A stretch of DNA of 64,000 nucleotides, taken from NCBI GenBank assembly GCA_013239625.1, contig MU054212.1, positions 6,050,270-6,114,269 on the forward strand, read 5' to 3'. The notes beneath the pieces were generated by a model. That model did no database searches and was not told the DNA's origin. It worked only from the letters and a program-made list of their open reading frames with translations. This DNA is from Lama guanicoe (Eukaryota). Shown here piece by piece: positions 53,601 to 64,000 of this stretch (the stretch's first letter is position 1; each line of letters begins with the position of its first letter). The position numbers and the translations under genes are program-made.

Positions 53601-54554
53601 ACACAACAGTGCTTTCAGAAAGCTTTTAGAAAGGACTGCCACGAGTGTAGACCGAGTCAGTGATCAGAAATGTGCTGTGGGCGCTGCAGTTAACTCAAGT
53701 GTAAAAGAAAGTCCTGCGTTACTGCATTCTTGTTGGTCTCACGGAAAGGGTGTGCCTGCAAACATCCGACCCGTTCATCCGCAGCCGCTTCCTTTTTTAC
53801 GCTCTGCTTTACAGTGATGGAAGTGCGAGAAGCCAGTAATTATGTACCGAAGGGAGGCCTGAACTGGCTTCTGTTCCTGACTTAATTTTTATAGATTTTT
53901 TCCTCTAAATATGTAGAAGTGAATGAAAGAAATTTTACTATAATGTCATTCAGCTGACTGGATTCCTTCAGAATTATATGCCAGAAATATAAGGCAAGAA
54001 AAAATGCAACGCTGTATCATGATTTTATGGTCTTTGACTTAAAGGAGGCTTCCCCAGCAGCGTTATTGCAAATTGTCGGATTGTTTGGCACCCTGAAGTT
54101 TCTACCATGGTAAGAATTTGTGACAGGTATGTCTCCTGTAAATTGAAAAATGGGAAGTAGGAAAGGACAATAGGGCATAATGACATGACAGCTTAGCCAC
54201 AGATCAATCTAGAAAAGATAACAAGTTGAGGATCTAGAAATTCATTTCCTTAAAACTATCTGTGCTTGAGGACCTCTTGGAAATTCTTCTTTTATCCCCA
54301 GGGATACACATTCCCTTTTAAATACCTCTAATATATCCCTTACTCTTTATAATGTAAGAATCTCATACAACTGAATATGACTCAAATTATAAGATGTGTT
54401 TTTTGGTAACAGGTCTTCTTAATGCAAGTGTACTACTTTATTTGGTACTCAAAGGTTAGAAAGGCAATTTATTTTTTACGCTGAGGATAAAACTAGCTGT
54501 ATTAGATTCTTTGAGAAGGACTTTCAAGGGCAATTTAGCCTAAATGGATTTTTG

Positions 54555-54908
54555 GAGATATAATTCACATACTATAAAATTCATCCCTTTAAAGTGTACA
54601 ATTCAGTGGGTTTTAGTATATTCAGAAAGTTGCACAATCATTACTACTAATTCCAGAACATTTTCATCACCTCAAAAAAAAACCCCTGGTACCTACTAGC
54701 AGTCACTCTTCGTCCTGATACCTGCTCTAGCTCCTGGCAGTCACTAATCTGCTTCCTGTCTCTATGGATTTACCTATTCTGGAATTTCATATAAATGGAA
54801 TAATACAATATGTGACATTTTGTGTCTGATTTCTTTCACTTAACATAATGTTCAAGGTCCATCTTTTATCATAGCATGAATCAATAGTTCATTTCTTTTT
54901 ATGACTGG
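54555..54908 (-). mobile_element. L1MB-like 3' fragment with perfect 17-bp TSD
   Basis: Typical reverse L1MB 3' UTR text; TSD GCCTAAATGGATTTTTG at 54538-54554 and 54909-54925. Confidence 0.85.
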
Positions 54909-56419
54909 GCCTAAATGGATTTTTGTCTTCTGCATTGATTTTACAATCTCCATGGCCACACATTGTGTTTCCAGTGAGTGACTTCACTGTAAAAATCTAT
55001 TTTTCTAGTCTATCCTAAACGAATAACATGTTCATCTTCTGAGATCTTGTCCTCCCCTGAAGATTAAAGTCACTGCCACATTTGCTTTTCAGCCTACAGA
55101 ATGGGGAAAAGAGAATGGGCAGTACATGACTAATGGTTTAAAATCAAATCATAGAAATGGCTTTTGCCAATTTCGCTCACATCCTACTGGTCCCTGTGAG
55201 TATCATGGTCACGTCTATCTCCAAATGAGACTGGAAAATGTAGACTTGAGAGTTCAGTTGCTAAATGAAGAGGAGAATGAATATGGGATGACAGTCAAGG
55301 ATCTCCACCCTACTTTATTAGAAATGAAGTACCCTATAGAGTGTATTTGCCTGGGATGTAAGAGATCACATATCTTTCATTTCTCTGACCCCTTGGGACA
55401 TTGGTCCTCTTTGCATCACATATCCTCTGAACCATTTACTCTGTCCATGAAAAATAAAGTGCTATGATTGGCCAGGCCTTAGCCATGTGCCCATCCTCAA
55501 GGCCAAGAGGACGAGGTCTGCCACTAAAAGAGAGGAGGCTTGCTAACAAAATAATAACAGTAATGCAAGCAACTAAGGACCTCTTTTCCAAGTACCAAAG
55601 ATGAGACCCAGCTTCTTTCTCTCCCGAAAATCAAAGAATCTCATAAAACCTATGCTATGTCAATAGGCTTATATTATGAAATACTGTGTTATCAAATGTT
55701 CATGGATTGTTTTATTTTGCATGTATAATATTGCCAGTCTCTTCTGATGTCTGATGTGGTCAAATTGGGAGAACACAGACGCTAAAGTCAGAGAGGCCTG
55801 GATTCAAAAGTAGCTTGACCACTTGTGAATAAAAATAACATCACCATTATTGATCACGATATGTTAAGCATGGCACTTTATATATATTGTCACAAAATTC
55901 TTATACAAACCCTGAGAAGCACTTGTGTCACCAGTTTTCAAATGTGGCACCTGAAGCACAGAGCAGTTAATTAACTTGCCCAAAGACAATCAGCACTGGA
56001 GCAGAACCAGCTCAGTTCTTGACCCTAGAGGTTTGATCACTGGGATAACTTGCTTTTCCACTTATGTCCTTGCTTTGAAAGCATTACAGAAATTTTGGCT
56101 TGCAATTTTAGCAAAAAATATGTAACTTTTAACAAGTTGCTTATCTTTTCGGAGCCTTGCATTCTCATCTATAAGCTTATGAAGTTGTAACTAGAAGATT
56201 TATTCATTTCAATGTGAAGATCTGAGTCTGTAATTCTTTCCACTATTACTCAATTTCACCATGTCAACAGTAGATGGTGCTATTGAGTATTGGCTTCAAA
56301 AGCCAACTGAAAAACAGTTCTGATTCCTAAGTACATGGATCTCACATAGGAGATACCTACCTGCACATCAGAGAACCGGAGGTCAGGGGATGCTGAGAAA
56401 CTTTGAACAGTAAAAACGT

Positions 56420-56750
56420 CTTACATTTATGTGGTATCTAATAAATATGAATGTATATACAAAACAGAAACAGACTCACAGACATAGAAAATAAACTTAC
56501 GGTCACCAGAAGGGGAGAGAGAGGGAAGGAAGGACAAATGAGAGGTATGGGATTAACAGATACAAAATACTATACATAAAACAGGTAAGCAACAAGGATT
56601 TACTGTATAGCACAGGGAATTATTTCCAATACTTGTAATAACCTATAATGGAATATGATCTGCAAAAATGCTGAATCACTGTACTGTACACCCGAAACTA
56701 ACACAATATTGATTTACATTATTGTAAATCAATTGTACGTCAACTTTTTA
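56420..56750 (+). mobile_element. L1 3' UTR fragment (cetartiodactyl type)
   Basis: ACAAAACAGAAACAGACTCACAGACATAGAAAATAAACTTA...TACTGTATAGCACAGGGAA...CTGTACACCCGAAACTAACACA. Confidence 0.82.
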
Positions 56751-57338
56751 GAAAAACATTTCTTAAGATCAAAGATTTTATGTTGTGCTACTTTAAAACA
56801 TGAAAAAAAGAAAGGTTTAAATATATAATCCACATAGTGGCCCACACTTTTTATTTTGTTTACTGTACTAGATGTTTTAAGTCAACTTATTATCATTAAA
56901 ATTCTGACTAAAACAGATGGCATCCATTTCCTGGCTGTTTTAAGGATGAATCATAGCCACAGTTTTGTACTTGAATGCTCATAATTCTATTTTATACTAG
57001 TTTTAGGCATTTAGGCTCCATATAAATCCTCCTCTAACTTAATCAGCAGCAGGTAAAAATCTTTTATACATGTTTTCTCCTTTGTGCTTCTAAGATAGGG
57101 AATAATATTAGTGCTTCATTTTAAATTACATATAAATACTTCCAAAAACAACTTTGGATATGAAAATTGTAGATGGAAGGGAGTCATGGGTAGGAATACT
57201 GAATATCTCAACTCCAGACAATTCTATAAACATTTAATCCTCAAGATTTAGGCTAAAAATAAATACACTATTACATGCAATATTGTAGATTGGTTGCATA
57301 AGGCCCATGACTTTCCATTTAGGAAAAATTATAACATC

Positions 57339-57428
57339 TTTTTTTTTTTTGACGGAGTTCCTAGGGATTGAACTCAAGATCCCATGCATGCTAAGCATAT
57401 GCTCTACCACTGAGCTATACCCACCCCC
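57339..57428 (-). mobile_element. tRNA-Ala-derived SINE, Vic-1-like (camelid)
   Basis: Reverse complement GGGGGTGGGTATAGCTCAGTGGTAGAGCATATGCTTAGCATGCATGGGATCTTGAGTTCAATCCCTAGGAACTCCGTC plus A-tail; A and B boxes; imperfect flanking repeat ttataacatc/ttacaacacc. Confidence 0.85.
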
Positions 57429-57464
57429 TTACAACACCATATTATATGTGAGGCAACAGTCGTG

Positions 57465-58345
57465 TCGTACATGTTCATAGATGGGAAGACTTAATATCAT
57501 TAAGATTGCTACACTCCCCAAATTGGTCTGTAGATTCATATCAAAATACCAATTGGCTTCTTTGCAGAAATTGACAAGCCAATACTAAAGTATATGTCTA
57601 AATTGAAGGGATCCAGAAGAGTCAAAACTATCTTAAAAAAAAATAAACAAACACAAAGTTGGAGGACTCAAAGTAGCTAGTTACAAACTTACCATAAAGC
57701 TGCAGTAACTGAGACAGTGTGTTACTGGCCTAAGGAAAGACATAGATAAATAGAATGCAGTTGAGAGTCTCAGAATAAACCCTTACACTTAAGGGCAATT
57801 GATTTTTTTAAAGGATACTAAGACAATTAGAAGAAAATAAAATAGTCTTTTCCAACAAACAGTACTAGTTCAACTGGTTACACATGCAAAAAAATGAAAT
57901 TGGACCCCTACCACAGACACAAAAATTAACTCAAATGTAATCAAAGACCTAAATGTAAGTTCTAAAAAGATAAAACTCTTAGAAGAAAACATAGGCGTGA
58001 ATCTTCATAACCTGGAATTAGGCAATGGTTTCTTAGACATAACAGCAAAAGCACAAGCAAGAACAACCACAAAACGATAAACAGAACATCAACAAATTTT
58101 AAAAACTATGTTTCAAAGGACACTTAAGAAAGTGAAAAGGCAACCCACAGAATGGGAAAAATTTTTTGCAAATCATGTATCCAATATGATTTGATAAAAA
58201 TCTGATAACTTATCTCGTAAATCCTGCCTACAACTGGATTTTGATGCCATAAATGTAGAAGTACAAGGGAAAAAATCTAGTATATATGAAGAACTATTAC
58301 AACTCAATAATAAAAAAGACAAATTACCTAATCAAAAATGTGGAA
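57465..58345 (+). mobile_element. Degenerate L1 ORF2 C-terminal fragment
   Basis: Recognisable ORF2 text (GGAAGACTTAATATCATTAAG, GCAGAAATTGACAAGC, TTAGAAGAAAACATAGG, GGCAACCCACAGAATGGGA) with stops and frameshifts. Confidence 0.82.
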
Positions 58346-58348
58346 CAC

Positions 58349-58549
58349 CTAGTTAACATCCATCACCATACATAGTTACAAAAATTGTTTTTCCTTATGA
58401 TGAGAACTCAGTTCTACTCTCTTAGCAACTTTCAAATGTACTAGACTCACTGTGACCATTTCACAATATATACAAATACTGAATCATTACCTTGTAAATC
58501 TGAAACTAGTATACTGTTATATGTCAATTATGGCCCAATAAAAATAAAA
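58349..58549 (+). mobile_element. 5'-inverted L1MA-like 3' end
   Basis: 58349-58440 is the reverse complement of the L1 segment that normally precedes 58441-58549. Confidence 0.75.
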
Positions 58550-59654
58550 GGAAACTCTTAATCAGATAAAAATTATGTAGCAAACATCCATAATGTTATA
58601 CCTAAAAGTTAAAGGTAGGGATCGTTCCCTTTAAAATCAGAATGAGACAAGAATGTCCATTATCACTGTTTCTATTCAGTACTTTTTTAGCTTCCTTACA
58701 AAAGCAGCTAGAGAAGAAAGAAATGAAATTTCTAGGATTTTGAAAGGAAGAAACAAAACTTCACTTATTTAGAAACGATACAGTGGGCTAAATATATAGT
58801 GCACCTTCATCATATTTATGTGGTTGTCCGTGTCCTCTTTAATTGTCCTCCCAAAAGTAGAAGGCAGAACTCATATTTTCAGCTTCTCTTATAGCTGAGA
58901 CATCATCATTTGACTTGGGCTTTTTCAGTTAGATATACATGTGCAAGAATCCTATCTGAAAGTGATTTATGTGAGGAAACATATTTTTGGAACACTTCCA
59001 TTTATGCTTTCCTTAGCAGTGGCAGAAGCACAATAAAGATGCCAATTCCACCAAAATTAATCCAGAGGTTCAATGCAATTCCAATCAGAATACCCACAGA
59101 GATTTTATGGAATTTGACAAACTAATCCTAAAATCCATGGTTAAGAGCAAAGATCTAAGAATAGTTAAGATAATTTTGAAGATGAGTAAAAAGGTCATGA
59201 GATTTACCCTACCAGCAAGCAAGACATATTTATAATACGATTATTAAGAAGACAGGAGTAAACAAATGAGCCAATGGAATAGAACAGACAGCTGTGGGAT
59301 AGACCAACTTGAAACATGAACAAAGCAACTCAGAAAGAGATTTTTTCAATAAACGCTGCTTCAATAATTGGTTATCTCTATGGAACGAAAATCCACTTAA
59401 TTTTCTATGTTGTGACATACAAAAAAATCAGGTCAGGTAGAATAAAGATGTAAACAGTAATAGCAAACACTTACTTGATGCTTATTATGTGCCTGGTATG
59501 GTTTTCAGCATTTTACATATCCCAGTTCATTTAGTCTGTACAAGTGACAGAACGCAACACAGTGTGATACAAGTGACAGAGAGTCATAAACGAGGAAATC
59601 TGAAAGACCAATAAACATTTAAGTACTCTCAAAGTTTTTAAACTATAAGCAGAG

Positions 59655-60495
59655 GTTGTAAGTAGATAGTTCTCAAAAAAAAAAGATGCACAAATAGGCA
59701 ATAAACACATGAAAAGATGTTTACCATTATTAACTATCATGGAAATGAAAATTAAAACCATAGTAAAATGCCGTTATGGTTATAGTCTAACAGACAAAGA
59801 ATAACAAATGTGATGAGAATGTGGAGAAGTTTGAAACTTCATATAACTGCTGGTGGGAATGTAAAGCGATGCAGCTGGTTTGAAAGACAAGCTGTTTTCC
59901 AAACTGAAACACAGAGCTGCTCAAACTGCTAAACATAGTTACCATATGATCCAGCAATTTTACTCCTAAGAGAAATGAAAACATATGTCGCAAAAAAAAA
60001 CTTGTACCTGAGTGTTCATAGCAGTCGATTCATAATAGCCAAAAGTGGAAACAATCCAAATGTTCATCAGCTGAAAAATGAATAAGTAAAATGTGGTATA
60101 GCCATGAAATAGAATATTATTTGGCAATAACAAGGAATGAAGTACTGGTACATGCTACAACATGGATGAACCTTGAAGACATGCTACATGAAAGAAGCCA
60201 GTCACAAAGGACCACATATGACTCTATTTATATAAAACATTTAGAATAGGTACATCTATAGAGACAGAAAATAGATTAGTGTTTGTCTGTGCCCAGGGCA
60301 AAGGGGGAGACGGCAGGGGTGGGGAGTTGGGAGGTTATGGCTAAGGGGCTCCAGGTTTCTTTTAGGAGTGATGGAAATATTCTAGTACTGATTTTGATGA
60401 TGATTCATAGCTTGGTGAATGTCTAAAAGCCATTGAACTATATGCTTTAAATGAGTGAACTGTATGTGAATTATATCTCAAAAAAGCTGTTATGA
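59655..60495 (+). mobile_element. L1MB-like ORF2 end and 3' UTR
   Basis: AAACACATGAAAAGATG...ACCATATGATCCAGCAATT...CATGGATGAACCTTGAA...GAATTATATCTCAAAAAAGCTGTT. Confidence 0.82.
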
Positions 60496-61628
60496 AAAAA
60501 TGTATAAATTCAATGTTTTGCAATTTTTAAAAAGTCAGAGATGAGGAAAACTATTACAATTGTGTTATAAGGTTTGATAACAACAAAACCATAAATGAAA
60601 AGAAATTCTAGTCATGGTTCTTCCACTGCCTAGTTTTAAGAACTTGGAACTAGTCAGTTAATCTTTCTGGTCTCAGGAATCATCACCTATAGATTAAAGA
60701 TTGTTTGAAGGCTGATAACTCATGATTCTGAACAATGGGCCTTAATTTTTAGAATCACAGGCTTCTCTGAGGATTTGATAAACATCAGAAGCATTCTGGT
60801 GAAAATCAGAAATAAGGCACTATTAATTACTATTCATATTTAATATTGTTCTGAAAATGTGGGCTAGTGAAATAAAAATAAGAAGTATATGTATTGGAAA
60901 AGAAAAACAGATTATTATATACACAGAAAGCCCAGACAAATTTACTGAAAAAATTGTGAGAATTAATAAAAGTATTCAAAAAAAGATTCTAAAATCATAA
61001 AATCAACAGCAATGAACAAGAATAATTCAATTAGAAAATATTTTTTAAAAAGATATCACATTCAAATCCATACTCTTGAATTAGAAGATTATCTCAATCT
61101 AAAAATTTCAGTGTGTATATATGACAAAAACAAAACAAACCAAACAAAACTCCTTAAATATTCTTGTCAAAATGCTACAATAACAGATAAGATTGCAGTC
61201 AATGGTCAGTTAAATTCCAAATAAGCACTACTTTGGATGTATCCCACAGAATTTGATGTTTGTTTTTCATTTTAATTTGATTCAAAATACTTTCCAAATT
61301 CCCTTTGTGACTTATTTCCAAATTCTCTTTGCTATTATTTTATGGATTATTTAGAAGTGTGTTATTTATTTTTCAGATATGTTTCTATTATAGATTTATA
61401 ATTTAATTCCATTGTGGTCAGAAGGTACTTTGTATGATTGAATCATTTAAAATTTATTGAGTTGTTTTAAGGCTCAGAATATGGTCTATCTTGGCAAATG
61501 TTCTTTGCAAAAAAAATGATGGATTCTGTGGTTGTTGGAAGGATGTTCTCTAAATGTTAACTATGTAATGTTGATTAATAGTGTTCTTCAAGTCCTCTGT
61601 ATCGTTATCTTGTATTTTCATATTTATC

Positions 61629-62069
61629 TGTATTAGTTTCTTAGCGCTACTCTAACACATCGCCGCAAACTGAGCAGCTTAAAATTTCAACAGAAATTTC
61701 TTTTCTGACAGTTTTGGACTGTAGAAGCCCAAAATCAAAATGTCAGCAGGGTCATGCTCCCTTAGAAGACCCTTAGGTCTAGCTTATGACGGGTACTGTC
61801 AAACCTTAGCATTCTTGGGCTTATGGCAACTCCAATCTCTGCTTGTTGTCACTTGGCCTGCCTCCCTATGTCTCTGTGTCCTCAAATCTCTCTCTCTCTC
61901 CTTGTAAGGACATCAGACCTTGGATTTAAGGCCCACGATAATCCAGCATAACCTTATCTTAACTTGATTACATCTGCAAAGACCCTATTTTCAAAGAAGG
62001 TCATGTTTATAGGTATAGGGATTACGAATTCAACATATCCTTTTGAGAGATGCAATTCAATCCACAATA
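61629..62069 (-). mobile_element. MLT1B/C-like MaLR solo LTR
   Basis: TGTATTAGTTTC..CAACAGAAATTT..TGTCAGCAGGGTCATGCTCCC..TTGATTACATCTGCAAAGACCCTATTT..CAATTCAATCCACAA. Confidence 0.8.
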
Positions 62070-63834
62070 TGATCTTTATGTCTAGTGGTATATCCTTATA
62101 TCTATCTTCATAGAAGGATGTATCCTTCTATGTCTTTAGACTAAAATTTTGACTAAGATTTTTGGTGTACTACTATTTAATTATTGAGAGAGAAATATGG
62201 AAATGTCTGACCATAATTGTGGATTTGTCTTATTTCTCATTTCAGTTCTATTCTGTCATGTAATTTGAAGTTCTTTATTAGATGCATTGACATTTAGTAT
62301 TACTAAACTCTCTTGATGTTGACTCCTCTAGTTAAGAGTGTCTGTTATTACTACTCCCGTTAAGCATAATACTGGAGGACCTAGCTAGAATAATAAAGCA
62401 AAAAAAAAGAAAAAAGAAAAAAGAAAGAAAAGAAATACATGGTTTATGGATCAGAAAGAAAAATAAATAAATCTCTCATTATTTGGCAGAATATTATGTT
62501 CTACATAGAAAATCTATTTTAGTATCATAGAAAAATTATTTATAACAGAAAAAGAGTTCTATAAGTTTGCTAGATAAAAGATAAATATACAAAAAAAACA
62601 ATTGTGCTATTATATGTCAGTACAATTAGAAATTAGGAAATAGACATTTTCATAGATACATTTTTCAATAACAAATATTTGAGACTACGGATATAATATT
62701 TATATATAATGATACATACAGTTGTTTTTAAAACATGAAAGTACTTTGTGATGAAAACTACAAAATGTTATTGAAAAACTTAGGAATTTGAAAGAATACT
62801 TAAGTGGATAGAGAGATATACATTGTTTATGAATTCAGCACTGTAAAGATGGCAGTTCTTCCCAAATTAATTTGTAAATTCAATTCTAAGGTTAAGAATA
62901 TAAAAATCACAAAAGAAGAAGTGAGTTGATTTTACTACTTCAAAATTTAAAACTATTATTTGTTCAAAAATATAATAAAATTCAGAAAACAAAACAACAG
63001 GAGGGAAGATTTATCATATATATAACAGAAACAAATATATTTTTCATATAAAGAATTCCTCATAAGGAGTTTTTATGAGAAACATATATGCTTTTTGTTA
63101 TATTTATGATAAATCTTTCCTTCTTTTTGTTCTTATGCATCTCTCAAATCAGTCCCATTTTTTCTTTCTGTCCTCAGTTATTATCTCCCTTTAATGCTTC
63201 ATTATACCTCACCTCAGTTTTTCAATGGCCAATTAATTGCTCTCTCAACTTCAAGTCTTGCCCAGTTCCAGTTTCATTCTCCAAAGTGAACTCTCTGAAA
63301 TGCATATCTAAACATGTTACTCACTTCCATAAAAATTTCCAGTGATTACCCCTCAGTACATGGCACTTATTAGGATATATCTTGACTGGGCCTTTGCCCT
63401 CCTCCCAGGCTTTTGCTTCTCAAATGCAAAATTTTAACCATATTTGAAACATTTGAATTTTCTTAAATCTAAGAACTCTCTTTAATTAGAATGGAATTTT
63501 AATAGAATTTCCTTAAGGCTTTAGTAACAGAAAAACTGAGATCCACTAAAAATAACTCAAGTACAATGCAAAGGAAAGTAAGTTGTTACCATATAGACTT
63601 TTCATAAAATCCAAGGGCAAAAGCTGAAATATAACTGGGCTTGATGCAAACAGAAAAAGAAATGTTAGAGCCAAATCTCCTTCCTCAGTCAAGGTTCTTA
63701 AAGTCTTTTGCATCTCAGCCTCCTTTTCTCTTATGGAGTTTCTGCTTTTTGCTAAGCCCTTTTCTCTTTCCTTTTCTTCTTCTTCTCCTCCTCTTTGACC
63801 TCCTCCTCCTCTTCCCCTTCCTCCTCTCTTTCTT

Positions 63835-63854
63835 ACACACACACACACACACAC
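63835..63854 (+). repeat. (AC)n microsatellite after a CT-rich tract
   Basis: About 10 AC units, preceded by a pyrimidine-rich stretch from about 63750. Confidence 0.9.
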
Positions 63855-64000
63855 CTTTTCCTCTTTACTCATTTTGCGCCATACTTAATATGATCGTCCA
63901 AACCCCAATTCCACATGATATAATAAAGTATTCCCTCTGTCTCCCTGTTCAGTTTATTAAAACAGATGGAAGAATTGGTTGTTTTTAGGTGTCCATCCTT

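Noticed and set aside
53145..53629. Overlapping plus-strand ORFs of 151 and 131 aa upstream of TRAPPC8
   Set aside because: Expected from stop-codon scarcity in a CpG island; no recognisable protein. A divergent noncoding transcript cannot be excluded but has no direct support.
57351..57428. Possible tRNA-Ala gene
   Set aside because: A-tail, flanking repeat and mismatched stems indicate a SINE
63546..63988. ORFs on both strands at the right end
   Set aside because: Produced by CT-rich and (AC)n simple repeats

Overview
Mammalian genomic DNA, most likely a camelid (one Vic-1-like tRNA-Ala SINE plus camelid-type L1 3' ends). The window holds the 5' part of TRAPPC8 (TRAPPIII subunit, Trs85 homologue) on the minus strand. 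There is a CpG-island promoter near 52.4-53.6 kb, the ATG at 52703, and 24 coding exons down to position 1494. These splice into one continuous 3558-nt (1186-codon) frame; the remaining exons lie beyond the left edge. The rest is AT-rich intron and upstream sequence full of old L1, L2, MIR, MLT1 and DNA-transposon remnants. No new multi-gene system is evident. The most interesting signals are post-transcriptional or insertional: a U12 minor intron, a candidate in-frame 87-nt cassette exon absent from the canonical protein as I recall it, a TISU/YY1-like start codon driving a short uORF, a CLEAR-like E-box, a NAGNAG acceptor, candidate poison exons, an L1 insertion whose TSD duplicated a likely branch point, a 28-nt micro-L1 and a twin-priming L1 inversion. 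Protein and repeat-family identities come from recall, not from database searches.
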